This document shows, in pieces, positions 1 to 10,426 of a stretch of DNA of 64,000 bases. This stretch comes from Candidatus Delongbacteria bacterium (lineage in GTDB: Bacteria; CAIWAD01): positions 569,727-633,726 of the forward strand of contig JACKCN010000001.1 in assembly GCA_020634015.1 (NCBI GenBank), in the 5' to 3' direction. Each line of letters starts with the position of its first letter. The first letter of the stretch is position 1. The notes beneath the pieces are model-generated. The model was not told the origin of the DNA and did no database searches. It worked only from the letters and a program-made list of their open reading frames with translations. The position numbers were made by a program, and so were the translations under genes.

Positions 1-264
1 ACGTTGCCCCGGTTGCTGGCCAGCTGCTCGGAGCTGCCATCAAGGCGATCCACGGTGAACTCGTACATCCCGCTTCCTTTCTCCTTCTCGATGACTGTGC
101 CGTCCTTGTGGCCCCTGTGGTCCATGTCCTGGTCCCGATCCACGGGTGCCGGTTTCAGGGCCAGAGCATTGCCGGCCATCAGCATGAGAGCCAGTGGTGC
201 GGCCAGCGCCAATGGGCGCAGCCAGTTGCTCCCGGTTCGCCATGATTGCGGATTCTTGTGCATA
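1..264 (-). CDS. Partial (5' end only) secreted or periplasmic hypothetical protein. It runs off the window edge and is not in the ORF track.
   Basis: Reverse-strand reading from ATG at 262-264 gives MHKNPQSWRTGSNWLRPLALAAPLALMLMAGNALA LKPAPVDRDQDMDHRGHKDGTVIEKEKGSGMYEFTVDRLDGS... This is a clean signal peptide followed by a His/Met-containing mature part. A GGAGAGG-like RBS lies upstream. Codon usage is typical for the genome. Confidence 0.4.
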
Positions 265-403
265 TTCCTCTCCGTTGTTGTCGTCGGCCCACAATTCCCT
301 GACAGAGCAGAATCGGTCCCCGGCGATCTTGTGACGATTCCATATCCATCCATCCAGACCGGGTCCGCCACTGGCGGTCATCCCTGAGCAAGCAGTAAGG
401 AAC

Positions 404-1306
404 ATGCCCATGGCCAGCGCCTCGACTTCCGCGGCTCCCGAAGGATCCTCCAGACCGGTACGCATTCTGTTGTGGGTGCTTGCCGTGCTCCTGATGGCGG
501 CCGCAGTGGTCTATCAACGCACCACCGGACCGACCTACCCCAAAAAAGGGGAATTCCAGGTGGCCGGACAATCTCTGAGTTACCGGCTGGTGCGCAGCGA
601 GAATTCCACCATCGACGCCGCGGTGATTCTGCCCCAGGCCGCTGGTCTGGGCGCGACCCTGTACTACAAGCGCTACAAGCTGGACGAACCTTATACGGCT
701 CTGCCACTGCAGCTTGAAGATCAGACGCTGGTGGCACGCCTGCCGCGTCAACCCGCGGCCGGCAAGCTCGAGTACTACCTGGAGCTGACCGGCAGTGAGA
801 CTGCCCGGATTCCCGCTGGCGAGGAGAACGTCGTGATCCGCTACAAGGATCCCGTGCCCGGCTGGATTCTGATTCCCCACATCTTCATGATGTTCTTCTC
901 GGTGCTCATCGGCATGCGCACGGGTCTGGCCGCCATCGCGGCTCCCGACACCATGCGGCGCACCGCCTGGATCACTCTGATCGGCCTGACCATCGGTGGC
1001 ATGATGCTGGGCCCGCTGGTGCAGAAGTATGCCTTCGGTGCCTTCTGGACAGGTTTTCCCTATGGCAAGGACCTGACGGACAACAAGATGCTGATCATGT
1101 GGCTGGCCTGGGTCTTCGCCTGCAGCGTGATCGGCTTCAAGCCCAAGGCACGTGAGGCCGTCAACCGGATCGTCGTGCTGGCGGCCATGATCGTGATGAC
1201 CGCGGTGTATCTGATTCCCCACAGCATGCGCGGCAGCGAACTGGACTACAGCAAGCTCGAGCAGGGCGTGGCGCCCCATGAAGCGATCGGCACCAGCACG
1301 AAATGA
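404..1306 (+). CDS. Integral membrane protein, function unknown.
   Basis: 300-aa ORF with several hydrophobic helices and native GC3-rich codon usage. Its stop overlaps the next start (ATGA). Confidence 0.6.
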   Translation: MPMASASTSAAPEGSSRPVRILLWVLAVLLMAAAVVYQRTTGPTYPKKGEFQVAGQSLSYRLVRSENSTIDAAVILPQAAGLGATLYYKRYKLDEPYTALPLQLEDQTLVARLPRQPAAGKLEYYLELTGSETARIPAGEENVVIRYKDPVPGWILIPHIFMMFFSVLIGMRTGLAAIAAPDTMRRTAWITLIGLTIGGMMLGPLVQKYAFGAFWTGFPYGKDLTDNKMLIMWLAWVFACSVIGFKPKAREAVNRIVVLAAMIVMTAVYLIPHSMRGSELDYSKLEQGVAPHEAIGTSTK

Positions 1307-1803
1307 TGAATGCGGCGAACCTGCATCTGGCCATCGTGCACCTGCCACTCAGTGCCTTGCTGGGCGCGGTGGTGCTGTTGCTCTGTGCTCGCGCCTGGGG
1401 CGAGGAACGGGCCTTTCGACTGGCCTTGCTGGCCATTGTGGCCGGAGCTCTGGCGGCGGCGATGGCGTATTACACGGGCCCGTCGGCGCACCAGATCCTG
1501 ATCGATGCCGGTTTCAACACGGGCGATACCCAGAATGTGGTCGAGACACACGCGCTCTGGGGCCGGGTCAGTTTCGTGGTGCTCGGGCTGTGCGGTGCGC
1601 TGGCTTTCCAGGCCTGGCTGCAGCACTATCAGGGCGAAAGGCCCGCCGCCTGGCAGCGCTGGACCCTGCTGATCGCTGGGGCCGCCATGCTGGGCGTGCT
1701 GGCCTGGACCTCCCACCTGGGTGGACAGGTGCGTCACACGGAAATCCGCGGCGCCCTGCAGGGCGCCATGCCCCCGGCAGCCTGCCCGCGACAGCACGTC
1801 TGA
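1303..1803 (+). CDS. Small membrane protein, DUF2231-like.
   Basis: 166 aa with 4-5 TM helices. Translationally coupled to the upstream membrane gene. Confidence 0.55.
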   Translation: MMNAANLHLAIVHLPLSALLGAVVLLLCARAWGEERAFRLALLAIVAGALAAAMAYYTGPSAHQILIDAGFNTGDTQNVVETHALWGRVSFVVLGLCGALAFQAWLQHYQGERPAAWQRWTLLIAGAAMLGVLAWTSHLGGQVRHTEIRGALQGAMPPAACPRQHV

Positions 1804-2089
1804 CAGGCATCGCAGGCAAAAACGCCAAGCGGCGGCCAGATGGCCGCCGCTTCTGCTCATGCCGACGCTGCCAAGGCGCCGGCCTTCCTACCACACAGGG
1901 CTATTCCGCACCCGGTTGAGGGTGTTCGTCGTCGCCCCTGTGAAATGCCAAGACCGTGCCAGAACCACAAAGGAGCGCAACTCTTCTGGTATCAGTGTGT
2001 TGCGGCTGGCACGAAGGTCGCTCGAGCGGACGGGGACAAGGGCAAATCACCCAAACGGCAAGCCGATCGGGTCAACTCACCCAACGTGG

Positions 2090-2428
2090 TCAGTGGGTCG
2101 CGATCCGGCCTTCTTCCTGAATCAGGGCTTCCCGGCCACTGTCGATCCAGCCGGTCTTCTCCGCATCATGAATCTTGAGCCAGAGGCGTGGCAGCGGCTC
2201 GCCGGGCACGGCCAGCGAATCCAGCACGGTCCACTGACTGCCGGGAAGAGCCGGGGCCAGCTCGAAACCCCGCTGGTCCGCTTCGCTGAACATCCGGGTG
2301 GTATCGGTGGCCGTCCAGCGCAGGGTGGCGAGGCGTGAGCCGCTGGAGGCCGGTTCCGGCTTGTCCGCGGACCCACAGGCCAGCAACAGACCAAGAATCA
2401 GAGGATAGAGTGTTGACACGCGTGACAT
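2090..2428 (-). CDS. Small lipoprotein, hypothetical.
   Basis: Internal start MSRVSTLYPLILGLLLACGS carries a lipobox (LLAC). Last gene of the minus-strand cluster. Confidence 0.45.
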   Translation of the reverse strand: MSRVSTLYPLILGLLLACGSADKPEPASSGSRLATLRWTATDTTRMFSEADQRGFELAPALPGSQWTVLDSLAVPGEPLPRLWLKIHDAEKTGWIDSGREALIQEEGRIATH

Positions 2429-2535
2429 GAAGAGCTCCGAGCAGTTGGGCCTGGACGCAGCATTGCACCCAGGCAAGCCAGATGGGAAGGCCGCCCAAGG
2501 TAGGAAGTTGGATGGGCACCGCCTCCCCGGCCCGC

Positions 2536-4005
2536 TCAGCGCAGCAGGACCATGGCACGACTGGTGTGGCCGAAGCGTGTTTCAAGCCTGCAGACATACA
2601 GTCCCGAGGAACAGCCATCCAGCTGCAGGTCCAGCGAATGGACTCCCGGCGCACGCGGTCCCTCCTCCAGCACGCGCAGCCGCCGGCCCAGAGCGTCGTG
2701 CAGAGTCAGACGCACGAAACTGGCGGCTTCCAGAGCATACTCGAGCCGTGTGGCAGGATTGAATGGATTGGGATGGGCCGGAGCCAGCGAGAACAGGGCT
2801 GGCGCTCCCCGACGCGTGGCGCGCGGGTTGGCCGCAGTCGTCGATTCCAGTCGCAGCAGATGCAGATCCGTCAGATTGTCCGCATCCATGTAGCCATTGC
2901 CCGTGACCACGAAGCCTCCATCCTGGGTCGCGCAGACACCTTGTGCGCCATCGTGGGCAAAACCTCCGAAATCGTCCTGCCAGAGAATCTCGCCTTCAGA
3001 ATCCAGCCAGAGCGTCCAGATCTGCTGCATCACAGGCTGGGAGAGCGTGGTCTGCCCCACGGCGAAGAATCCCTCCGCTCCCAGCGAGAGCAGCTGCAGT
3101 CCCAGATCACTGTCGGCGCCTCCGTGGGTGCGTGTCCAGAGGCTGTCACCCAGCTCGTTCAGCCGCAGCAGCCACAGGTCATTGCTTCCGGCCCCCCAGC
3201 TGGTCGTGCGCCCCGTGAACAGCCATCCTCCGGGAGTCGCGGCCGCGCAGGCGAACAGGCGATCTTCGCCACTGCCCCCGAAGGTGCGGGTCCAGAGCGT
3301 ATCCCCGATGCTGTTGGTGCGAATCACATAGCCATCCGCCTGGCCGGCTCCCCGGGAATTGGTGTACCCTGTCAGCAGCAGATCACCGCCCTCCAGTTCC
3401 AGCGCTCCGTATCCGCCGTCGGCCTGGCTGCCTCCGTAGCTGCGATTCCATTGCTGCTGTCCCAGAGAATCGGTGCGCACAAGCCACAGATCCGTCACAC
3501 CCAGCCCCTGGGAACGCGTATTTCCCACAAGAAGGAACCCGCCATCCGCGGCAGCACCCAAGGTCCAGCACTCATCCTCCAGCTCGCCCCCATAGGTGCG
3601 TTCCCAGAGGACGGTTCCGCCAGAATCCACCTTCAGCAACCAGAAGTCCGAGAATCCCGCGCCACTGGAACGGGTCGTGCCGCAGATCACGGCACCTCCA
3701 TCCGCCGATGCCAGCAGATCGCCCGGATGATCGTCACCCACCCCGCCAATGGTGCGCGTCCACAGGGTATCCCCCTCGGAGTCCACGCGCAGCAACCACA
3801 GATCCGACAGACCGGAACCGAATGACCGCGTGTCACCCGCCACCAGAAATCCCCCGTCCGCGGTCTGGATCACGGACCTGCCGTAATCGTTTTCACCCGC
3901 GCCAAAGGTGCGGTGCCACTGCAGCTGCAGAGACTGTGCGCCCGAGGTGCCGCCCACCAGCAGCAAGAAGAACGGCAGCCAGCGTGCCAGGCCGATTCGC
4001 TTCAT
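2536..4005 (-). CDS. Secreted beta-propeller-like tandem-repeat protein with a T9SS C-terminal sorting domain.
   Basis: Signal peptide MKRIGLARWLPFFLLLVGGTSGAQS with an RBS GGAGGA upstream. About nine tandem ~47-aa repeats (TxDGGFxxxGxTxSxGxGxxDxWLLKxDSxGxxLWxRTYGG). C-terminus NPFNPATRLEY...GLYVCRL is a T9SS CTD. Confidence 0.8.
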   Translation of the reverse strand: MKRIGLARWLPFFLLLVGGTSGAQSLQLQWHRTFGAGENDYGRSVIQTADGGFLVAGDTRSFGSGLSDLWLLRVDSEGDTLWTRTIGGVGDDHPGDLLASADGGAVICGTTRSSGAGFSDFWLLKVDSGGTVLWERTYGGELEDECWTLGAAADGGFLLVGNTRSQGLGVTDLWLVRTDSLGQQQWNRSYGGSQADGGYGALELEGGDLLLTGYTNSRGAGQADGYVIRTNSIGDTLWTRTFGGSGEDRLFACAAATPGGWLFTGRTTSWGAGSNDLWLLRLNELGDSLWTRTHGGADSDLGLQLLSLGAEGFFAVGQTTLSQPVMQQIWTLWLDSEGEILWQDDFGGFAHDGAQGVCATQDGGFVVTGNGYMDADNLTDLHLLRLESTTAANPRATRRGAPALFSLAPAHPNPFNPATRLEYALEAASFVRLTLHDALGRRLRVLEEGPRAPGVHSLDLQLDGCSSGLYVCRLETRFGHTSRAMVLLR

Positions 4006-4305
4006 GTTTCCTCCGGAAACCGGCATGGGCACCCTTCGGCCCAAGCCCGTGTGAGCCCCTGAACACCAATGCGCTCAGGCGGAGCATGCCGGATCGAGGA
4101 CCCACAGAGAGTGTCCACGATGCCACAATGTTCGTTCGCCAGAAGCCCATTGTGTTCACCATCGGAAACAATCAAGGGTTCCAGAACGAGAGATCACACC
4201 CGATTCTGAATCCCATGAAATTCGAGTGCTGTCTCACTCGAAAATGAACCGGGAGCCGCAATCGCGACTCCCGGCATCGGCAGAGGAACGTGAGAGGAAA
4301 TCGTT

Positions 4306-5661
4306 TCAGTCGGCCCAGCGGACCCAGCTTTCTGTGGTCCAGTTGCTGCCCGAGGGGGCCACGGCACCCATGTAGCCGGCCGCGTCGAACCAGCTGTCGG
4401 ACGGGACCTGACCGCCACTGGCCGCGGAGCTGCCTGCCGCGGGACGGTAGTCATGGCTGGCCGCACTGGGGAACACGGCGTTGTCAAGCACATGCACGTT
4501 GTGCGCTCCCGCGCAGAAGCGCGTACTGTCGGCCTGGCTCGAAAAGCCGCCAAAATCACCGCTGCCATCCAGATTGTTGGAGTACACACAGGCGCGGTTG
4601 ATGCTGAGAATCCCGGAATCGAAGTTGGCCGAGGTCACGTCGCCGTCGTTGCTCTCGAGCTTCCAGTTGAGTCCGGCGAAATTGCTGATCACGAAGTTGC
4701 TCAGCTCGCCTTCGAAGTCCTCGCGCAGACGCATGCCGTAGTTCTTGTCCTCGGCATCCTTGCCGGCGCCGAAACCGTACAGAGTCACGTTGGAAAGCGT
4801 GGGATGGCTGGCCAGTCCGCTGCCCAGGGTCTTGCGCCCGTCACTCTCGAAGCCGTTGTCGGAACCGGCGTGCTGCACGGCCAACCAGAACTGCCCCTTG
4901 CCGCGCCAGCCCTCGTCCATGTCGAAGCTATCGTCGTCATTGAAGGTGCTCAGCAGGTACCGCGCGTTTACCGTGCCACCGAACCACTCGTAACCGTCAT
5001 CCGTGCACTTGTAGACCTGGATGTGATCCAGGGTGGTGGCGGAACCCACCGAGTACAGCGAGAGACCGTTGAGCTCGGAATCGGCGGCGATGCCGTAGCC
5101 ACAGTACTCGATGCGGACATACTTGAGTACACCACTGTCATCGGCACTCTTGCTGCCGCCATAATGCACGGTCTCGGCCAGACCTTCCACATCGCCGGTG
5201 CCGCCGGGGATGTTGTTGGGGGCTTCGCCGATGAGCACGATCCCGCCCCAGTCACCGGGCGACTTGGTGGCGCGGGCCGAGGTGAACACGATCGGCTGGG
5301 CCGCGGTGCCGTTGGCCACCAGCCGACCACTGGCACGCTCGCTGCTGAAGTTGTCGGAGTCTCCGCGCAGGGTGATGATGGCACCCACGTCATCGGGATT
5401 GTCCTCGTGGTACGCGAAGGACACGGTGGTACCGGCGGCGATGGTCAGGGTCACACCGGGCAGCACGTAGTACTTGCCGGCAGCGTCCACATTGCCGCTC
5501 CAGGTGGTGTTCTGGCTGATCAGGGTACCGGGCAGATCCTGGTACATCTGGGGGATTTCATTGGTGGTGTTGTTGTTGTTGTCGTCGTCTTCGCAGGCGG
5601 TGAACGCCAGCAGGGCGCTCGCGGCGATCATCAGGACCAGGTGCTTCCGGCTGATCAACAT
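4306..5661 (-). CDS. Surface lipoprotein, possibly beta-helix fold, partner of the upstream TonB-dependent receptor.
   Basis: Lipobox LLAFTAC followed by an Asp/Asn-rich linker. 451 aa rich in G, D, S, T and N. Located immediately downstream of the TBDR on the same strand. Confidence 0.7.
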   Translation of the reverse strand: MLISRKHLVLMIAASALLAFTACEDDDNNNNTTNEIPQMYQDLPGTLISQNTTWSGNVDAAGKYYVLPGVTLTIAAGTTVSFAYHEDNPDDVGAIITLRGDSDNFSSERASGRLVANGTAAQPIVFTSARATKSPGDWGGIVLIGEAPNNIPGGTGDVEGLAETVHYGGSKSADDSGVLKYVRIEYCGYGIAADSELNGLSLYSVGSATTLDHIQVYKCTDDGYEWFGGTVNARYLLSTFNDDDSFDMDEGWRGKGQFWLAVQHAGSDNGFESDGRKTLGSGLASHPTLSNVTLYGFGAGKDAEDKNYGMRLREDFEGELSNFVISNFAGLNWKLESNDGDVTSANFDSGILSINRACVYSNNLDGSGDFGGFSSQADSTRFCAGAHNVHVLDNAVFPSAASHDYRPAAGSSAASGGQVPSDSWFDAAGYMGAVAPSGSNWTTESWVRWAD

Positions 5662-5741
5662 CTCGTGGACTCCTGTCTGTGTATTGGGTGTTTCGCACTC
5701 ATCCAGTCACTCCGCGCCGGTTCCGGTCACGGTTGTTCGAA

Positions 5742-8426
5742 TCACAGTTCCCAGCTCACGCCCAGGCTCAGTTCACGGCCCTGACGATAGCGGTTGGTCA
5801 CGGTGCCGGCCTGGCGGAACTCGACCGCCTCGTCCAGCAGGTTGCGCAGGCCCAGGCGCGTGCTCAGCTGGCCCCAGTTGCGGCTGAGGTTCAGGTCCAG
5901 GCGATCGAAGGGCATTTCGTATTCATCACCACCCTGATTCACGCTGCCCACGCTGCTCAGGCGCTTGCCAAAACGGTTCCAGGAGAGGTTGGCGGTGCTG
6001 GCCAGCTTCTCCAGCTGCCAGTTCCAGTTGAGGTTGAGGGAATAGGGTGACTGACCGAACATCGGCCGGTCGCTGCTGGCCTGACTGGCGCTGGTGCCAC
6101 CGTAGGACACGCTGGAATGGATCAGGGTCAGGTTGCCGTTGAGGCTCATCGAGGCTGGCAGTTCCTTGCGCAGCTCGACTTCCAGCCCGAAGAGGTCCGC
6201 CGATTCGGCGTTGTCGTAATACACCTCGGGGTTCTGCGAATTGCGATGGCGCAGTTCGATGGGCTTGTCGAAATGCTTGTAGAATCCGCCCAGCGCGGCC
6301 AGCTCGCCGATGCCGTAGAACCACTCGCCGCGCAGATCGGCGTTGTAGATCCGGGTCCGCTCGATCTCGCTGTTGCCGTAGGTCGTGCGTCCGCCAAGGA
6401 AATCGGCGAAGTAGAAGTCGGCCAGTTCGCGGAACTCGGGGCGGGCCAGAGTCATGGAAAGTGCTCCGCGCAGCGCGGTCTGCGACGTGGGACGCCAGGT
6501 GGCGTTCAGCGCCGGCAGCACGTCCGTGTGACGCCCCAACTCTTCGGAATTCAGCGCCTGGCGATCGGCTTCGACACGTCCGCCCAGAGTCACGTCCAGA
6601 ACATCCAGCGGGCTCCAGTCCAGACTCAGGTAGCCACTGATCCGGCGCTGGCTGGCATCGTAGGAATCGGAGTCGCGTGTGCCTTCGTAGAGGCGCAGCA
6701 CTCCCTGCTGAACCAGGTCGGCGTTCAGGGCCACTTCGGCATTCTGGCCGCGCAGCTCCACCGGGTAGACCATGTTGGGTTCCAGCTCGTAGACGAACTT
6801 GCGCGCCTGGAAATCACGGGTGCGGGTCAGGAACTGCAGGCCGGTGCGCACGGTGAACTGGGTCTGTGGCTTGAACTCCAGCCCCAGATCCAGATCCAGA
6901 TTGCGGTCCTGCTGTTCCGAGAAGAAGTGCGAATTGGAGCGCAGCCCGAAGACGATCTCGTACTGGTTGGTGACCGAGTTCCAGGCGTAGTGCGTGTTGC
7001 GCGTATCGGGCTCGCTGCGCGTGGTGCCCGCCAGACCCGCGCTGAACTTCAGCTTGCCCCCGGGCAGGGTGGCCAGGCGGTGATCCACTTCCAGCGTACC
7101 GCTCATCAGCGAACGGCGCACGAACTTGAGAATGCTCTGGCGATAGTCGCCGTCGGAGTTGTAGTAGTAGCCCGTGACCAGACTGGCCTGATCTTCGCTC
7201 TCGTTGACGTACAGAGTGCGCAGCCCGATGGTGGTGCGGGAATCCAGCCGCAGAAAGGTGTTGGCCATGGCGCTCAGGCCCGCGTCCTGGCTGCCGGCCT
7301 GGCGCTGGAAATCCGAGGACAGCGAGCCCGGCTGGTACAGGTTGCGGTACTCGCCGTCGCGGGAGTCGGTCTTCAGGTTCCAGCTGAAGGCGGTGGTCAC
7401 GCCCAGCTCGCGATCGTGCGCCAGGCCGAAACGATCGGCCCAGCTCAGCGAGCCGCCCTTCCCCAGGCCGGCCCGGGAGGAGGTGGGCGTCCAGACATTC
7501 TGGAACGCGCTGGCGAACTGGCGACCGCTGGACGCCACCAGACGATCGGTCGCAGCCACCTCAGAGGGCATGGCGCGCGTGCCATCATCAAAGCCCAGGA
7601 AGTCCGTGTCGCCACCCGAGTAGCTCAGATAGTTCTGGTTGGTGCTGCGCAGGTTGTAGGAAGAACTCAGCCCCACCTTGAGGGAGCGTCCCTCGGGAAA
7701 CTCGCGCGTGCGGATCTGCACCGAACCGCCCCCGAACTCGCCGGGCTGGTCGGGGGTCCAGGTCTTCTGCACGGTCACGTGATCCACCAGACTGGACGAC
7801 AGCAGGTCGGCGGGCACTTCCTTGCGGTCGGGATTGGTCGACGGCATCACCGAGCCATTGAGCTGCACATTGGCATAACGCTCGCCCAGACCGCGCACGA
7901 AAATGTCCTTGCCACCGCGCACGGTCACTCCCGTGATCCGCTTGAGCGCGGCGCTGACATTGCCATCGCCATTGCGCGTGATCTGCTCGGCACTGATCGC
8001 GTCGTTCACCGTGCTGGCTTTCTGGCGTGCCACCAGCAGGGCGTTCTCGCCGTTGGTGAGCAGGGTGCCCTGTACCACGATCTCGCCCGCATCGATCACG
8101 TTGGGTTCCAGTTCCATGTCCAGGGTCGTGGTCTGGCCGTCCACCAGCACGATCTTCTCCCAGCTCACGTCCACATAATTGACATGGCTCACCTTCACGC
8201 TCCAGATGCCGGCCTCAGCCAGAATCGTGTAGTGGCCATCCAGGTCCGTGGACGCTCCGGCATGACTGCCGGGCAGCACGATGTTGGCGCCCACCACCGG
8301 TTGATGATCGCGCGCGTCCAGCACCGTGCCCTTGAGCACGCCCCGGGTCGCCGCATGTGTGGCGGCGCCTGCTGCCAGCAACAGGACCAGCAGCAGCCCG
8401 GACAGGGCTCGTTGTGTGTGAATCAT
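5742..8426 (-). CDS. TonB-dependent outer-membrane receptor with an N-terminal carboxypeptidase-regulatory-like domain.
   Basis: Signal peptide, then a CarbopepD_reg-like segment (GTVLDARDHQPVVGANIV). Plug-domain motifs follow (ITRNGDGNVSAALKRITGVTV, IFVRGLGERYANVQLNG). Long beta-barrel with a C-terminal aromatic residue. Confidence 0.9.
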   Translation of the reverse strand: MIHTQRALSGLLLVLLLAAGAATHAATRGVLKGTVLDARDHQPVVGANIVLPGSHAGASTDLDGHYTILAEAGIWSVKVSHVNYVDVSWEKIVLVDGQTTTLDMELEPNVIDAGEIVVQGTLLTNGENALLVARQKASTVNDAISAEQITRNGDGNVSAALKRITGVTVRGGKDIFVRGLGERYANVQLNGSVMPSTNPDRKEVPADLLSSSLVDHVTVQKTWTPDQPGEFGGGSVQIRTREFPEGRSLKVGLSSSYNLRSTNQNYLSYSGGDTDFLGFDDGTRAMPSEVAATDRLVASSGRQFASAFQNVWTPTSSRAGLGKGGSLSWADRFGLAHDRELGVTTAFSWNLKTDSRDGEYRNLYQPGSLSSDFQRQAGSQDAGLSAMANTFLRLDSRTTIGLRTLYVNESEDQASLVTGYYYNSDGDYRQSILKFVRRSLMSGTLEVDHRLATLPGGKLKFSAGLAGTTRSEPDTRNTHYAWNSVTNQYEIVFGLRSNSHFFSEQQDRNLDLDLGLEFKPQTQFTVRTGLQFLTRTRDFQARKFVYELEPNMVYPVELRGQNAEVALNADLVQQGVLRLYEGTRDSDSYDASQRRISGYLSLDWSPLDVLDVTLGGRVEADRQALNSEELGRHTDVLPALNATWRPTSQTALRGALSMTLARPEFRELADFYFADFLGGRTTYGNSEIERTRIYNADLRGEWFYGIGELAALGGFYKHFDKPIELRHRNSQNPEVYYDNAESADLFGLEVELRKELPASMSLNGNLTLIHSSVSYGGTSASQASSDRPMFGQSPYSLNLNWNWQLEKLASTANLSWNRFGKRLSSVGSVNQGGDEYEMPFDRLDLNLSRNWGQLSTRLGLRNLLDEAVEFRQAGTVTNRYRQGRELSLGVSWEL

Positions 8427-8619
8427 GTGTTTCGCTCCCGTTCCTCTGGTTCCTCCGCCTCTCCCGCGGACACCCTGCCGGGGCGTCCGTCAGGCCGGGG
8501 AGATCCGTTCTTCCTCTCGGGATCTCCTCGTCGAACGGGACGCAAAGTGTCGGGATGGCGTCAAGCCACGGTGAGTCAGGCGTGAGTTTTCGGTTAAGGG
8601 CGGGAAGGAGGAAGCACTC

Positions 8620-10416
8620 TCAGGCGCTCGGGGCAGGCGCGCTCGGATCGGCGGGAAGGTGCAAAGTGAAGCGGGAGCCCGCGCCAGGACGGCTGTCCAC
8701 ACTGACGCGACCCTGGTGAGTACGGGCGATGTGCTTGACGATGGACAGCCCCAGGCCGGTGCCGCCCATGCTGCGGCTGCGTGCCCGGTCCACCACATAG
8801 AAGCGCTCGAACAGCCGGGGCAGGTGCTCGGCGGGAATGCCGGGGCCCTGGTCTTCAATGGTGAGGCGCAGCTCGCTCTCGCCGGGATCCACGCGCAGCG
8901 TGACCGTGCCCTCCTCGGGGCTGTACTTGATGGCGTTTTCGACCAGGTTGATCAGTGCGCGCTCCAGCATGGCCGCGTTCAGCACCCAGTGCGGGTCACC
9001 CGCGCACTCGACCGCCAGGTTCACCCGACGCTCGCGGGCCTTGAACTCGCAGATCCCCAACGCCTCCTCGATCACGGCCCTCAGGCCGGTCAGCTGGAAC
9101 TCGACGGTCTGGTCCTGTTCGTCGCGTTCGATGCGCGACAGCGCCAGCAGATCGTCGATGATCGCGCTCAGGCGCACGACCTGGCGCTCAATGATGCCCA
9201 GGAAACGACGGGCAGTGGGCGGATCTTCCAGCGCTCCTTCGTTGAGCGATTCGACGAAGCCCCGGATCGAGGTGATGGGTGTGCGCAGTTCGTGTGAGAC
9301 ATTGGCCACAAAATCCTCGCGCACCCGTTCCAGGCGACGCATGCGCGTGATTTCGCTGAACACGGCCAGGCTGCCGATTTCCTGGTCGTCCAGGTCGTGC
9401 AGGGTGGTCACGCCCAGCGCCAGGTAGCGCAGGTCGGTTTCGCCCCAGGGCACGCACAGTTCACGGCTGCCCCGGGTGACCAGCGCGGGCATCAGCGCCT
9501 GGCGCAATTCCTCCAGCGGCAGCATGTCCAGCAGCAGGTTGCCGTGCAGACGGTCGCCCGGGAGACCCAGCAGGCGCACGGCCGCCCGGTTCACGAAGAG
9601 AATCCGGCCCGCCTTGTCCAGCCCCACCACCCCTTCGTTCATGGAATCCAGCAGCGCCTCGCGCATGTTCCGCTCGCGGGCCAGGCTGGCGATCTTCTCC
9701 TCCAGGCTGCCCGCCATCCGATTCATCGCCAGGGCCAGGGCGCTCAGTTCGGAGATCGGTACCGCTTCCAGGCGGAAACTGAGCCGTCCACTGGCGTACA
9801 GTTCCGCCGCGTGACGCATGCCTTCGATGGGACGGCTGATCCGCCGCGTGATCCAGAGTGCCAGACCGGCGGCGATCAGAGCCAGCACCAAGCTGCACAG
9901 GAAGAGGAACTGGTAGATCCGGCTCACTGCTTCGCGGACATCGTGCAGGGGAATGCTGGTGCGCACCACGGCCCGCGGTGTTCCATCCCGGTCGAGTCGC
10001 AGGGCCACGTAGACCATTTCCTGCTGAAGGGTCTTGCTGAAGCGGATCGAGTGGCCCTCGCCGCTCTGGAGGGCGGCCAGCATTTCCGGACGGGTGCCAT
10101 GATTCTCCATGCTGGCGGGATCTTCGTCCGTCTCCGCCAGCACGATTCCGTTCAGGGCCATGATCGTGATCCGCGTGTGCGAGGAGGGTCCGATGCGAAG
10201 CAGCAGGCGATCAAGGGCGTCGCGCTGATTGGATTCGAGAAGATCGATCACGGAAGGCGCCAGCAGCTGGGCGCGTTCCAGCAGGTCCTGCTGCTGGCGC
10301 TCGAAGGTCTGCTGACGGAAGGAGCGCCCGGCGAACACCGCCAGCAGCGCCAGACTGACCAGCAGGGTGGCCAGCAGTGCCGGAAAAAGTTGCAGGAAGA
10401 GCCTGCGATTCTTCAT
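8620..10416 (-). CDS. phoR: Sensor histidine kinase, PhoR-like.
   Basis: TM helix, PAS region, HisKA H-box (HELRTPITSIRGFVESL) and a HATPase_c domain with N, G1 and G2 boxes. Start placed at MKNRRLFLQLF. Confidence 0.8.
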   Translation of the reverse strand: MKNRRLFLQLFPALLATLLVSLALLAVFAGRSFRQQTFERQQQDLLERAQLLAPSVIDLLESNQRDALDRLLLRIGPSSHTRITIMALNGIVLAETDEDPASMENHGTRPEMLAALQSGEGHSIRFSKTLQQEMVYVALRLDRDGTPRAVVRTSIPLHDVREAVSRIYQFLFLCSLVLALIAAGLALWITRRISRPIEGMRHAAELYASGRLSFRLEAVPISELSALALAMNRMAGSLEEKIASLARERNMREALLDSMNEGVVGLDKAGRILFVNRAAVRLLGLPGDRLHGNLLLDMLPLEELRQALMPALVTRGSRELCVPWGETDLRYLALGVTTLHDLDDQEIGSLAVFSEITRMRRLERVREDFVANVSHELRTPITSIRGFVESLNEGALEDPPTARRFLGIIERQVVRLSAIIDDLLALSRIERDEQDQTVEFQLTGLRAVIEEALGICEFKARERRVNLAVECAGDPHWVLNAAMLERALINLVENAIKYSPEEGTVTLRVDPGESELRLTIEDQGPGIPAEHLPRLFERFYVVDRARSRSMGGTGLGLSIVKHIARTHQGRVSVDSRPGAGSRFTLHLPADPSAPAPSA

Positions 10417-10426
10417 GGGGTGCCGC

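Noticed and set aside
179-1348. 389-aa minus-strand ORF, His/Arg/Gly-rich.
   Set aside because: It is antisense to two well-formed membrane-protein genes and to the partial secreted gene. The composition is typical of out-of-frame read-through in high-GC DNA, and there is no RBS or domain.
2482-3825. 447-aa plus-strand ORF.
   Set aside because: It is entirely antisense to the T9SS beta-propeller gene. The sequence is low-complexity and Arg/Gln/Gly-rich, with no start context.
4453-5784. 443-aa plus-strand ORF.
   Set aside because: It is antisense to the lipoprotein gene, and the run of valines mirrors the Asn/Asp codons of the real gene.
6117-8585. 822-aa plus-strand ORF.
   Set aside because: It is antisense to the TonB-dependent receptor and crosses its promoter region. 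The composition is Gly/Ala/Arg/Gln-rich junk.
8427-8619. Looked for a canonical Pho box upstream of the TBDR.
   Set aside because: No convincing CTGTCAT-type direct repeat was found by eye. A Pho link to the cassette is inferred only from gene adjacency.
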